Shown here: piece by piece, positions 30,301 through 40,293 of the stretch
How the letters are laid out: every line of letters begins with the position of its first letter
Position numbering within the stretch: position 1 is the stretch's first letter
From: Candidatus Latescibacterota bacterium
GTDB lineage: Bacteria > Latescibacterota > UBA2968 > UBA8231
Assembly (NCBI GenBank): GCA_965242865.1
Contig: CBDETK010000013.1
Span: forward strand, 4,448,001 to 4,512,000
Reading direction: 5' to 3'
Length of the DNA: 64,000 nucleotides
Program-made: the position numbers and the translations under genes
The notes under the pieces: generated by a model
The model's database searches: none
What the model was told of the DNA's origin: nothing
Seen by the model: only the letters and a program-made list of their open reading frames with translations

Positions 30301-31604
30301 CGCTGCGCCCGGCCCTGCTGGCTTTGGCCTTGGCCTTGTGGGCTTGTGCGGACGCGCCCGAAGAAAGCGCGTCCGCGGTCTTGGCCCGAGTGGGCGAGGC
30401 CGAGATTAGCGAGCGGGATTTTGCCGCGGCCCTAGCCAAGCTACCCACCGGCAGCCAAGCCCAGACCCTCGCGGACTGGCGACGCCAGTTGCAGGCCCTC
30501 ATCGACAAGGAGCTCCTGTTGCTCGAAGCGCGGGCCCAAGGGCTAGACGACTCGGTCGCCGGGGCAATGGCGGCTTGGGAGCGCCAGGAGCTCGTCGAGC
30601 AATTGCTCGGGCGTGCGTTGGGCGAGCCATTGGCCTACACCGAAGCCGAGCTCGCAGCCTTTTTCGCCGAAGCGGGCGCGGCTCGCGAAATCCGCCTGCG
30701 GCGCTTGCCCATGCACGACCGGGCCGAGGCCCTAGCGACGCTCCGCAAGGCCCAAGCCGGGGCGGATTTGCCCGGGGCGTGGAGCGAGAGCGGGTGGCTC
30801 AACGCGCTCAACGCGGGCGATGCGCGCGTGGCCGCCCTGTTCCTGCAGGACGTGGGGGCCGTTGAGTTGGTGGAAGCTGACGGGCACTATTGGGTGGTCG
30901 TCTTGGCGGCCGAGCGCACCGTGTCGCTGGCGGACCGCCGCCCGCTCGCAGAAGCGGCCCTAACCCGGCGCAAGAAGCAACAGGCGAACTTGGCCTATCT
31001 GGAGCAATTGACGAGCCAGTACGCGGTGCAGTTAGACACGGCCGGGTTGCGGCAGGTCGCGGCCGGCGCGGCCCAGCCCCAAGCGCGCTTGGTCCGCAGC
31101 ACTGCCGGCGACTGGAGCGCGGCCGACTACCAGCAGGCCCTCGCCCGGCTCGGGGCCGACGCCGAGCCGCAGCCGACTGATGTCAGCGCCCTCGGGTTCA
31201 AGGTGACGCGGGCCTTTGTCGCCGACCGGATTCTGCCGCAGGAGGCGCGCAAGCACGAGATATACGCCGAGTTGGCACCGCGCCGCGCCCAGGTCCGCCA
31301 ACAGAAGATCATTCGAGCCTTGTGGGAGCGAGAAATTTTCGCACACATCGAGATCGACCCCGCGCAGGTGCGCGCCTTTTACGAGGCCAACCCACAACGC
31401 TACGCCCGCTCGGGCGCGTTCGGCCGTCCACTGCAAGCGCGCGTGGCCCGCGATTTGCGCGACGCCCAAGCCGCGCCCCTATTCAACCGCTACATCGAGC
31501 AGGTACGCACCAAACACGCAACCATCACCACAGTAGAGGAGCAGCAATTGGGAAAATTCATCGCCCACCAACGCCAAGCCGCCAACCCCATCGATCCCCC
31601 GTAG
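30288..31604 (+). CDS. SurA/PrsA-like chaperone lipoprotein with degenerate parvulin domain
   Basis: LWAC lipobox; VLARVGEAEIS...LQALIDKELLLLEARAQGL; QVRAFYEAN, as in the 13206 protein. Confidence 0.75.
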   Translation: MELLTLRPALLALALALWACADAPEESASAVLARVGEAEISERDFAAALAKLPTGSQAQTLADWRRQLQALIDKELLLLEARAQGLDDSVAGAMAAWERQELVEQLLGRALGEPLAYTEAELAAFFAEAGAAREIRLRRLPMHDRAEALATLRKAQAGADLPGAWSESGWLNALNAGDARVAALFLQDVGAVELVEADGHYWVVVLAAERTVSLADRRPLAEAALTRRKKQQANLAYLEQLTSQYAVQLDTAGLRQVAAGAAQPQARLVRSTAGDWSAADYQQALARLGADAEPQPTDVSALGFKVTRAFVADRILPQEARKHEIYAELAPRRAQVRQQKIIRALWEREIFAHIEIDPAQVRAFYEANPQRYARSGAFGRPLQARVARDLRDAQAAPLFNRYIEQVRTKHATITTVEEQQLGKFIAHQRQAANPIDPP

Positions 31605-31616
31605 CGACCGGCCCCC

Positions 31617-31740
31617 GTGCCGGTCGCTGTGCCGGTCTGTGCCGGTCTGTGCCGGTCGCTGTGCCGGTCGCTGTGCCGATTGCTGTGGTCGCCGTGCCGG
31701 TCGCTGTGCCGATTGCTGTGGTCGCTGTGCCGGTGTCGCC
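31617..31740. repeat. Intergenic imperfect tandem repeat (GTGCCGGTCGCT-like 9-12-bp units)
   Basis: About 11 units visible between the stop at 31604 and the RBS near 31757. Confidence 0.85.
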
Positions 31741-31768
31741 ATGCCGGCCCTCTAGAAAGGAGTCTTCC

Positions 31769-32518
31769 ATGTCCCCGTCCCAAAAAATTTCCATCCTCGC
31801 CGCTACAGCCCTCCTGTTGGGCTGCGGTCACTACCTAGTGCCCGGTCGCTTCCAGCCCGTAGAGACGGCCCAGCAAGGGTCGAGCATGAAAATCCTCGAC
31901 GACGGCACCGTGACCTTCGTGCAGAACCGCCTCGAAGTGTCCGTGCGGCCCATGAGCGACGAGGAGCTCAACCGCCAGTTCCCGGCCGAATCGACCAACG
32001 CCAGCGGCCCGGCCGACGAGCTGCCGTCCAACCCATTCACTTACGGCAACTGGGTCGATCCGCGCACCGGCAAAGCACCGCAGCGCTTGTCCATCTTCAA
32101 GATCACGGTCAAAAACTACGAATACCCCAAAGTCAAGTTCGATCCGCTGACGGTCACCATTGAGTCGGCCAACGGCCGCCGCTACTACCCTTGGGGCTCC
32201 TACGACGCCGAGGAGTACTTTCGGCGGTTTCCACTGGCCTTCAATGGATTGGGCCGGATGCGCTACAAAGAGCGCATCGCGATTTACAACCAAGCCAAGT
32301 ACCCGGACGACGAGTTTTGCTTCTCGGGGCAAGAGGTCGAGGGGTACGTGGCCTTCTCCAAAATTCACGACGACGTCGCCGAGATCGTCTTCGTGATTGC
32401 CGAATTGGGGCTGCGCTACGACTTCCGCAACCAACCCATAGAGACCATCGACCTCCGCTTCCGCTTCAAGCGCGATCTCAAGAAGGTCAAAAACATCGAA
32501 AAGCTGGCGGCCCACTAG
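31769..32518 (+). CDS. Hypothetical lipoprotein
   Basis: ATG after AAAGGAG; LLLGC lipobox. Confidence 0.8.
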   Translation: MSPSQKISILAATALLLGCGHYLVPGRFQPVETAQQGSSMKILDDGTVTFVQNRLEVSVRPMSDEELNRQFPAESTNASGPADELPSNPFTYGNWVDPRTGKAPQRLSIFKITVKNYEYPKVKFDPLTVTIESANGRRYYPWGSYDAEEYFRRFPLAFNGLGRMRYKERIAIYNQAKYPDDEFCFSGQEVEGYVAFSKIHDDVAEIVFVIAELGLRYDFRNQPIETIDLRFRFKRDLKKVKNIEKLAAH

Positions 32519-32546
32519 CCGCACCCGCCGGGCTGGTGGCCGTTCC

Positions 32547-35500
32547 ATGCTGACCAAATTCCTCCTAGCCGCCACCGCGGCCTTCTTTCTGCTATCGGTC
32601 ACGGCCTTTGATCCGGCCACCATTTCGCGCTGGATGGAGCGGGCCATCGGCTGGGAGCCGTTGCGCGAATCTCCGCCCACGGCCGAAGCATCCTCCCTGC
32701 GCGACGCGGTCGCGCAAATAAACGCGGCCGCGCTAGAACGCCACCTCCGCGTCCTCACCGCAGATTCGTCCCGCGTCACCGGCTATGCCGGGGCCGCCCG
32801 CGCCGCTCGCTACATCGAAGGGGAATTCCGCCGCCTCGGCCTGCAAGTCACCCGCGAATTGTTCCCGGTTTCCGTGCCCCGCGATCGCGGCGGGCGCCTG
32901 CGCGTGGTCGGCGCGGACAAAACCATCCCCATCTACGGATTGTGGCCCAACCACGTGCGGCCCCCCTCCCTGCCACCGGGCGGCATCTCCGGTCCCCTCA
33001 TTGACTTGGGGCGCGGTAGCTTAGCCGAGATGGATGGGAAGCGGTTGGCCGGCAGCATCGCGCTGATGGGCTTTGGCTCGGGCAACGCCCACGTCCAAGC
33101 GCGGGCCTTGGGCGCCCAAGCCATTTTGCTGTACGACGATGGCCGCGTCACGCGCAGCGAGGCCGCGGAAAAGTTCCTCCAAGTGCCTGTGGACATCCCG
33201 CGCTTTTGGCTGGCAGGGGCCGACGCAAAAGCCCTGCGGCCGCAAGCGCGCACCGGCGACGTTGAGGTGCATCTGCAAGCGCAGCTGGACTGGGAGCAGG
33301 TCCAAGCGAGCAACCTATTCGCCGTCCTGCCGGGCTTGGCCGAGGACATGCCGCGCGGTCAGCGCCGCGAAATCGAGCAGTGGAGCGACCAAATCATCGT
33401 CCTGCAAGCACACTACGACGCCATCTCGGTGGTCCCCGCGCTGGCCCCGGGCGCCGAGAGCGCGACCGGCATGGCTGCGTTGCTCGAAATCGCGCGGTTG
33501 CTCGTCGCCGAGGGCACCCGCTACACCGTGCTCTTTTTGGCCACCCCCGGGCACTTTCAGGGCTTGGCCGGCGTCAACGATTTCCTCTACCGCCACGCAC
33601 GCGAAAGCGCGCATTTCCGCGACCAAATCCCGCCGGCCGAGCGCATTGACTTCCGCCTCTTCGTGGGGCTCGACTTGGCCAGCCACAGCCCCCGGGTCGG
33701 CGCCTTCACCATGGGCACGTTCTACAACTCGGCGTGGCGCAACGACGACTATCAAAAGAACCTGATGGCGCACTATGCCGCGCGCTTTGGCCGCTACAAC
33801 CGCGAGATTTTTGCGGACTCCACGCGCTACCAAGACGCCATTGCCCCGCAGAAGCGGGTGTGGAAAAACTTCATGCCCGTGCGGCTGGCCCTCGACAGCG
33901 AGGCCGCGGCCTTTGTGGGCAAGGAAGCCCTCTCCTTTGTCACGCCCAACCAACTGCGCCAGCGCGTGGATACGCCCCTCGACCGGCTCGAATTCGTCGC
34001 GCTCGACAACCTCGCCGAACAGACCCGCACCATCGCCGGGCTGCTGCTCAAGGCCGCTTCCGACCCGGACTTTTTCAACGACACCAAGCTGACCCTGCGC
34101 GATTGGGGGCACCGCCTAGAGGGCCACATCTACTGGTTTGACCGCGACGTAAACTTTGCCGTGCCCAAAGCACCCGTGCCCAACGCGCTCGTCACCTATC
34201 TCCAGCCCGGCCCCAACTCGGTGGCCGGCGTCCGCACCCTGATGGTCGCGCACGGCGACGAAACCGGCTACTTCGAGTTCGACATCGTGCGCAACCGCTT
34301 TGCCAACCGGATTCAAGCCTTTGAACTCAACGAATACGGCCGCATCGTCTCCGCGCCCGACCTCGGGGAGGAAGGCGACAAAACCTACCCAAGCACCCAG
34401 CCTTATGGGTGGTGGGAAAACCGCATGTTGCAGGTCTTGTTTCGCTGCCGCGCCCTGAGCTTTCTCGAGGTGGTCGATCCGCGCTATTTATCGGCCATGG
34501 ACCGCGTCAATGTCCTCGGCCCCAACGACGCGCCCCCGCGCTCCTTTTCCCTCAACTACATCGAAAACCAGAGCGCGGCGCAGGACCGGGTGGTGCAGGC
34601 CGGCGTGGTGTTTGCCGAGCCGGGCACTCGCGTCAAAATCCTCGCCGGCGAGCGCGCCTTTGGCGGCGAGAGCGCGCTCGCCGGGGTGCGCTACCTGCTC
34701 ACCAACGCGGACTCCGCCCTGTTCGCCGACCTCGACCCGGCCGGCGTTGATCTGGCGACCATTGAGCGGGCGCAGGGCGCAGGCTTCCCGATCGAACAGG
34801 GCCTCATCCCCTACCCGGCCCTGCAGGCGGCCCGCGACCTCTGGATCATCGACGAGGCGCGGATCAAGCAGATGGTGCGCCACGGCATCGTCCTCGAACA
34901 ACTCCAAGCCATGCACGAGCAAGCGCGGGAGGCCCTGCTCGAAGCGAGCGACAAACTCGCGGCGTTTGACTACACAGGCTACCAACGCGCCGTGCGCCGC
35001 GCCCTCGGGCTAGAGGCCCGCATCTACCCGCAAGTCAAGGCCACCGCCAACGACGCCGTCCGCGCCGTCATTTTCTACTTCGCGCTCCTGTTGCCCTTTG
35101 CCTTCTTCTGCGAGCGGTTCTTCTTGGGCTTCCCGGATGTGCGGCGGCAAATCGCCGGCTTTGTCGGCATCTTCATCTTGGTGTTTTTGATCCTGCGCTT
35201 CGTCCATCCGGCCTTTAAGTTGAGCACCTCGCCGTACATCATCTTCCTCGCGTTTGTCATCCTCGCCTTGGGCGTCCTCGTAATTTTCATCGTCGTCTCG
35301 CGCTTCAAGGGGCTTTTGCAACGGCGCAAGGGCGCGGCCGCCGGCATGCACGAGACCGACGTGGGGCGCGTGGCCGCGGGGTTTGCGGCCGTGCTGCTGG
35401 GCATTTCCAACTTGAGCAAGCGCCGCCTGCGCACCGCGCTGACGGCCGCGACCCTGACCTTTTTGACCTTTACCGTCAATTCCTTTACCTCGGTCAAGTC

Positions 35501-37136
35501 CAGCCTCGACTTCTATCGCCTGCCGCGCGACACCGCTCCCCGGTACGAGGGGGGCCTCATCCGCGACCGCGCTTGGCGCGGCATGCAGGATTCCATCTTG
35601 GACTATGTGCAGAGTGCTTTCGGCGATCGCGCCTTGGTCGTGCCGCGCGCCTGGTACTTGTCGCCGGTCGAATCCGAACGGGCGTACATCGACTTTGCCG
35701 TGCCCGCGACCGGCGCGGCCAGTTTTGTCCACGGCTTGGTGGGCCTGCAGCCGGCCGAAGCCCGCGTGACGGGCCTCGACGCGCACGTCTCAGCCGGTCG
35801 CTTTTTTGCGGCCGGCGACGACAAGGTCGTCATCTTGCCCGACAGCCTCGCCGCGCTCGTCGGCATTGGGGCCGAGCAGGTGGGCACCGCAACCATCGCG
35901 CTCTACGGCGAGGAGTACCGAGTCATCGGCCTGTTCGACAGCGCGGCCCTGAAAGAAGTGGTCGATCTCGACGGCGAGCGGCTAACGCCCGTCGATACGG
36001 TCAAAGACGCTGGGCTGATCGCACGCGAGAGCACTGAAGACCCGCGCACCTTGGCCGCGACCGCGGTTGAGACCTTCAACCACCTCGACGTGGTCAACAC
36101 CCTCTTCTTGCCCTACCCGCGCGTCCGCGCCATGGAGGGCCGCTTGCGCTCCATCGCCATTGCCGCGGACGCGGACGACCCGCAATTCGTCCGGCGCGTG
36201 GAGTCCTTTATGTCGCGGGTGGCCCTGACCCTGTTCGTCGGCCAAGGCGACCGCGTCGTGGCGTACAGCTCAATCGGCTCCACCGAAATAAGCGGGGCCG
36301 GCCAGCTTTTGGTGCCCGTGATCATTGCCGCCCTGATCGTGCTCAATACCATGATGGGGGCCGTGTACGAGCGCGTGCGCGAAATCGGCATCTACAGCGT
36401 GGTCGGCTTGGCCCCCAGCCACATCGGCCTGCTGTTTTTGGCCGAGTCCACGGTCTTTGCCACCTTTGGCGCGGTGGTCGGGTACGCCTTGGGCCAAATC
36501 GCCCATCTGTTCATGCTACAATACGGGCTGCTCGCCGGCCTGACCCTCAACTACTCGTCGCTTTCGGCGGTGTGGGCTACGGTCGTGGTCATCGGCACGG
36601 TCTATTTATCGACCTTGTATCCAGCGCGCTTGGCCGCCAACCTAGCGGTCCCCGACGTGACGCGGCAATGGCAATTCCCCCCGCCGGTGGGCGATCACTG
36701 GCGCTTTGACTTTCCCTTTACGGTCGGCGGGGCCGAGGTGCCGAGCATGTACGCGTATCTCAAGTCGGTCTTTGCCGCGTACGGCGAAGGCTCCATCGGC
36801 GACTTCATCGCCCGCGACGTCGAGCTATCCATCGCCACCGACGGGCCGGAGCCATCCTACGCCATTGCCATGCGTACTTGGCTGGCCCCCTACGACCTAG
36901 GGATCAGCCAAAAGGTGCGCTTGCAGGCGACGCCCACCGGCGAGCACCGCATCTACAAGATCGAGACCCACATCGAGCGTCTCAGCGGGGATGTGGCCTC
37001 GTGGCAGCGCATGAATCGCAAATTCCTCAATGTGCTGCGCAAGCGATTCTTGGTGTGGCGCACCTTGTCGCCCGGGATCCGCCAAGGGTATCGGGACGCG
37101 GCCGAACAGGCGTTTGCCGAGGCGGGGCCGCCGTAG
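32547..37136 (+). CDS. Large fusion: PA/M28-peptidase-like periplasmic domain plus MacB/FtsX-like ABC permease
   Basis: QAHYD...APGAESATG...LLEIAR; LIVLNTMMGAVYERVREIGIYSVVGL FtsX motif; several TM bundles. Confidence 0.85.
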   Translation: MLTKFLLAATAAFFLLSVTAFDPATISRWMERAIGWEPLRESPPTAEASSLRDAVAQINAAALERHLRVLTADSSRVTGYAGAARAARYIEGEFRRLGLQVTRELFPVSVPRDRGGRLRVVGADKTIPIYGLWPNHVRPPSLPPGGISGPLIDLGRGSLAEMDGKRLAGSIALMGFGSGNAHVQARALGAQAILLYDDGRVTRSEAAEKFLQVPVDIPRFWLAGADAKALRPQARTGDVEVHLQAQLDWEQVQASNLFAVLPGLAEDMPRGQRREIEQWSDQIIVLQAHYDAISVVPALAPGAESATGMAALLEIARLLVAEGTRYTVLFLATPGHFQGLAGVNDFLYRHARESAHFRDQIPPAERIDFRLFVGLDLASHSPRVGAFTMGTFYNSAWRNDDYQKNLMAHYAARFGRYNREIFADSTRYQDAIAPQKRVWKNFMPVRLALDSEAAAFVGKEALSFVTPNQLRQRVDTPLDRLEFVALDNLAEQTRTIAGLLLKAASDPDFFNDTKLTLRDWGHRLEGHIYWFDRDVNFAVPKAPVPNALVTYLQPGPNSVAGVRTLMVAHGDETGYFEFDIVRNRFANRIQAFELNEYGRIVSAPDLGEEGDKTYPSTQPYGWWENRMLQVLFRCRALSFLEVVDPRYLSAMDRVNVLGPNDAPPRSFSLNYIENQSAAQDRVVQAGVVFAEPGTRVKILAGERAFGGESALAGVRYLLTNADSALFADLDPAGVDLATIERAQGAGFPIEQGLIPYPALQAARDLWIIDEARIKQMVRHGIVLEQLQAMHEQAREALLEASDKLAAFDYTGYQRAVRRALGLEARIYPQVKATANDAVRAVIFYFALLLPFAFFCERFFLGFPDVRRQIAGFVGIFILVFLILRFVHPAFKLSTSPYIIFLAFVILALGVLVIFIVVSRFKGLLQRRKGAAAGMHETDVGRVAAGFAAVLLGISNLSKRRLRTALTAATLTFLTFTVNSFTSVKSSLDFYRLPRDTAPRYEGGLIRDRAWRGMQDSILDYVQSAFGDRALVVPRAWYLSPVESERAYIDFAVPATGAASFVHGLVGLQPAEARVTGLDAHVSAGRFFAAGDDKVVILPDSLAALVGIGAEQVGTATIALYGEEYRVIGLFDSAALKEVVDLDGERLTPVDTVKDAGLIARESTEDPRTLAATAVETFNHLDVVNTLFLPYPRVRAMEGRLRSIAIAADADDPQFVRRVESFMSRVALTLFVGQGDRVVAYSSIGSTEISGAGQLLVPVIIAALIVLNTMMGAVYERVREIGIYSVVGLAPSHIGLLFLAESTVFATFGAVVGYALGQIAHLFMLQYGLLAGLTLNYSSLSAVWATVVVIGTVYLSTLYPARLAANLAVPDVTRQWQFPPPVGDHWRFDFPFTVGGAEVPSMYAYLKSVFAAYGEGSIGDFIARDVELSIATDGPEPSYAIAMRTWLAPYDLGISQKVRLQATPTGEHRIYKIETHIERLSGDVASWQRMNRKFLNVLRKRFLVWRTLSPGIRQGYRDAAEQAFAEAGPP

Positions 37137-37144
37137 GAAAAGCT

Positions 37145-38128
37145 GTGCGCGAAAAGCCGCCCTATACCATCTCATCCGATATTCTCTTTCGCATTGAACA
37201 AATCGGCGAAGCGATTGGCCGGGCCGAGGCCGCGGGCCTTGCGCAGGATTTGCGCTTGCGACGCATCAATCGCATCCGCACGATTTGTGGCTCGCTCGCC
37301 ATTGAAGGCAACATCCTCAGCGAGGAGCAAATCTCCACGATTCTCGACGGCAAGCCCGTCGTCGCCCCCCCGAGAGACATTCGGGAAGTCCGCAACGCCA
37401 TTGCGGCCTACGATCAATACCAGCAATGCAGCCCCGCCAGCGAGGCCGACCTGTTGCGCCTGCACGAAATTTTGCTGACCGGCCTATTGGACGCGCCCGG
37501 CCCATATCGCCGCACTGGCGTAGGCGTTATGGGCGGCGGCGAAATCCATCACGTCGGCCCGCCCGCCCAGCGCGTACCGCAACTCATGGCGAATTTGTTG
37601 GCGTGGCTGGGCAGCACCGATGAGCATCCGCTCATTGCCAGTTCGGTCTTCCATTACGAGCTCGAGTTCATTCACCCCTTTGAGGACGGCAACGGTCGGA
37701 TGGGGCGGCTCTGGCAGACTCTGATTCTGACCCGCTGGAAACCCCTGTTTGCCCACATCCCGGTGGAGAGTATGGTTCACATTCGCCAAGGCGACTACTA
37801 CGAAGCGATCAGGCAGAGTTCGACCGCCGGCGAGAGTACGCCGTTTATTGGGTTCATGCAGGACATTATTCTGGAGGCCCTCCAGTCTTCCGCAATAAGC
37901 GACCAAGTAAGCGACCAAGTAGCGCGGCTACTCAGGGCCCTGCGGACCGGCCCGAAAACCGCCGCCGAACTCATGGCGGCTCTGGGGCTGTCGCATCGTC
38001 CTACATTCCGCAAAAACTACATTCGCCCGGCCCTAGCCGCCGGGCTGGTGGAAATGACCCGCCCGGGATCGCCCACCGCGAAAAACCAAAAGTATCGGCT
38101 CACTACACGCGGACGGGAGCTGCGCTGA
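37145..38128 (+). CDS. Fic family protein with C-terminal DNA-binding HTH
   Basis: Canonical HPFEDGNGRMGR; SLAIEGN inhibitory motif; tail LSHRPTFRKNYIRPAL...PTAKNQKYRLT; GTG start at 37145. Confidence 0.92.
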   Translation: MREKPPYTISSDILFRIEQIGEAIGRAEAAGLAQDLRLRRINRIRTICGSLAIEGNILSEEQISTILDGKPVVAPPRDIREVRNAIAAYDQYQQCSPASEADLLRLHEILLTGLLDAPGPYRRTGVGVMGGGEIHHVGPPAQRVPQLMANLLAWLGSTDEHPLIASSVFHYELEFIHPFEDGNGRMGRLWQTLILTRWKPLFAHIPVESMVHIRQGDYYEAIRQSSTAGESTPFIGFMQDIILEALQSSAISDQVSDQVARLLRALRTGPKTAAELMAALGLSHRPTFRKNYIRPALAAGLVEMTRPGSPTAKNQKYRLTTRGRELR

Positions 38129-38202
38129 GATCTGTCTGCGCCCTTGACAAAGCCCCGCCACCAAAATAGGCTTAACTTAACTTAGCTATCGGAGAGTTCG
38201 CC

Positions 38203-38283
38203 ATGGTGAACATGCCCGAGGTCAAATCGCAGCTTTCGCGCCAAGGGAAGCTACTCGCCATAATTGCCGCCATCTCTCGTTAA
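38203..38283 (+). pseudogene. 5' remnant of a Phd/YefM-family antitoxin
   Basis: GGAGAG RBS then MVNMPEVKSQLSRQGKL, which resembles the VNMHEAKSQLSRL Phd consensus; early stop. Confidence 0.65.
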
Positions 38284-38358
38284 CGGAGCATCTCCGATTG
38301 ACCTGCCAAAGTGCCAATGGCATTTTAGGCTACAAATCCCTCACTCAATAGCGAAAGG

Positions 38359-39123
38359 ATGCTACTCATGCCAGCCACAGCACGTCAAATGGTTCAACCT
38401 ATCTCAGCCACAATGGACACCGTAACAGCAACAGTGTTTAGTGATCGTCGTACTATTCAAGCTCCCGACATCGCTTTGCCCAAAGCTCTAAAGCCCAACA
38501 CTCGTGTGAAGATGGACGGATTAAAGTTTCTCGGTTTACTACCCTTAGAAAGCATCCCAGTGGCTTTTTTCGATCCACAATATCGAGGAGTGCTTGATAA
38601 GCTGTCCTATGGAAATGAAGGCCAGCAACGTGGAAAACGGCGGTACGCGCTCATGCAAATGAGCGAGGCGGATATTACCAAATTCATACAGGGGATTGAC
38701 CGTGCGCTTATCCCATCCGGCCACTTGTTTTTGTGGATGGATAAATTTCACCTCTGTCAGGGTTTCAAGAATTGGATTGACTCGACGGACTTAGATGTTG
38801 TGGATCTAATCTCTTGGGACAAGGGCAAGCTCGGTATGGGCTACCGCTCGCGCCGAATTACGGAATACTGCGTCGTTCTGCAAAAGCAACCCCGTAAGGC
38901 AAAAGGGGTTTGGAAAGTTCACAACATTCCCGATACATGGCGCGAAAAAGTGGTTAAGACAGTGCATCCACACACAAAGCCCATAGACCTACAAGGCGAA
39001 TTAATTTGTGCGGTATCTAATGAGGGGGATTATGTGATTGACCCTGCGGCTGGTTCCTTCTCAGTAATGGAGGCAGCCCAGTTACGCGGCCGCAACTTCT
39101 TAGGGTGTGATTTGGAGGGATAA
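38359..39123 (+). CDS. Beta-class N6/N4 DNA methyltransferase (type II RM)
   Basis: FFDPQY (DPPY variant) precedes HPHTKP and VIDPAAGS; low GC. Confidence 0.88.
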   Translation: MLLMPATARQMVQPISATMDTVTATVFSDRRTIQAPDIALPKALKPNTRVKMDGLKFLGLLPLESIPVAFFDPQYRGVLDKLSYGNEGQQRGKRRYALMQMSEADITKFIQGIDRALIPSGHLFLWMDKFHLCQGFKNWIDSTDLDVVDLISWDKGKLGMGYRSRRITEYCVVLQKQPRKAKGVWKVHNIPDTWREKVVKTVHPHTKPIDLQGELICAVSNEGDYVIDPAAGSFSVMEAAQLRGRNFLGCDLEG

Positions 39124-39124
39124 T

Positions 39125-39910
39125 ATGGCACTTATCCGTAACGCCGCGCCCAAGAACGTCTCGGGGGCTTATGTGCGGCTGTTTGATAACCACGAACTAG
39201 GAACATTAGTCAGTAAGTTGCAGTCCACCGTCATCTCTTCAGGCAGCGAACTAGAAAAAATTATCACGAAGCAGGTGGAGAACATCCCCGATCTGGATGC
39301 GTTCCTAGAGCAAGAAATTATGCCTGAAGGAGTCTATATGGCCTGCAAGCAACAGATGAAGCAATCGAAGACCTTGGATTTCTCAGAGGCCGAGCCAGAC
39401 TTTATGATTTTCAAGCGGCGCGAAAATCGACAACGCTGCCATATCGTAGAGTTAAAGGATGGCCATGTCTTTGATACTAAAAAAGCCAGCGCGGAACGAC
39501 AAGCCATGCACGGCTTTACTGAGCGAAATGCTCTACATCTACCGTACGTGGTATCATGCCATTTCTGTGCATTCAATCAGGAAGACAAAGAGGCAATCCT
39601 AACAGGTTTCAAGAACAAGATAACCCGAGACGAAGTCATGACAGGCCGCGAGTTTTGTGAGTTGCTGGAAATTGACTACCACCAGATTGTCTCCAGCCGA
39701 TTAAGCGAGGGAGCAGCCAATCTTGACTATTTTTGCCGTGAGTTAGTCAAAATACCAGCCGTCCGAGAACGCTTGGGGCGGCTGATTAAAGAGGAACGTC
39801 AGCCTGGTGGGCTAGAGGGAAAAATTTGGCTGTCTCCAGACTTCGATGAGCCCGATGAAGAACTCATAGAACTGATTGAGAACTCGAAAATTTTCCCAGA
39901 TGAGGATTAG
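39125..39910 (+). CDS. Putative type II restriction endonuclease, C-terminally fused to an antitoxin tail
   Basis: EPDF...IVELKDG PD-(D/E)xK motif; adjacent to the MTase; ends RQPGGLEGKIWLSPDFDEPDEELIE. Confidence 0.75.
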   Translation: MALIRNAAPKNVSGAYVRLFDNHELGTLVSKLQSTVISSGSELEKIITKQVENIPDLDAFLEQEIMPEGVYMACKQQMKQSKTLDFSEAEPDFMIFKRRENRQRCHIVELKDGHVFDTKKASAERQAMHGFTERNALHLPYVVSCHFCAFNQEDKEAILTGFKNKITRDEVMTGREFCELLEIDYHQIVSSRLSEGAANLDYFCRELVKIPAVRERLGRLIKEERQPGGLEGKIWLSPDFDEPDEELIELIENSKIFPDED

Positions 39911-39912
39911 CC

Positions 39913-40293
39913 ATGTCGCGGCTACTGTTGGATACCCACCCCCTTTTATGGTGGCTATCCGATGTGGAGCAACTGGCCGAAGATGCCCGGGCCGCAATTG
40001 CCGACCCGCACAATGACGTTTTCGTCAGTGCCATCACCGGGTGGGAAATCGCGGTCAAGCAAGCCAAGGGTCGCTTGGTCGCTCCAGACAATCTGTCGAT
40101 GTTGATTGAGCAAAAGGGCTTTACCCACCTTCCGCTGACGTTCCAGCACGCCGAGCAGGCCGGCCGCCTCCCGTTGCACCACCGGGATCCATTCGATCGG
40201 TTCCTGATTGCCCAAGCTCAGGCCGAAGGGCTGATCCTCGTGACTCGGGATGGCCTCATTCGGCGATACGACGTGGCCATCATGAAGGTTTGA
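39913..40293 (+). CDS. vapC: VapC family PIN-domain toxin
   Basis: LLLDTH, VSAITGWEI and HHRDPFDRFLIAQA...LVTRD. Confidence 0.93.
   Translation: MSRLLLDTHPLLWWLSDVEQLAEDARAAIADPHNDVFVSAITGWEIAVKQAKGRLVAPDNLSMLIEQKGFTHLPLTFQHAEQAGRLPLHHRDPFDRFLIAQAQAEGLILVTRDGLIRRYDVAIMKV

Noticed and set aside
31322-31768. Long N-terminal extension of the lipoprotein ORF (VPVAVP repeats)
   Set aside because: It overlaps the upstream gene; the ATG at 31769 has an RBS and a lipobox.
36878-37144. Extended Fic ORF start
   Set aside because: It overlaps the M28-FtsX gene; Fic-like sequence begins at GTG 37145.
37897-37922. 12-bp repeat in Fic (SDQVSDQV)
   Set aside because: A common linker repeat before this HTH type; not unusual.
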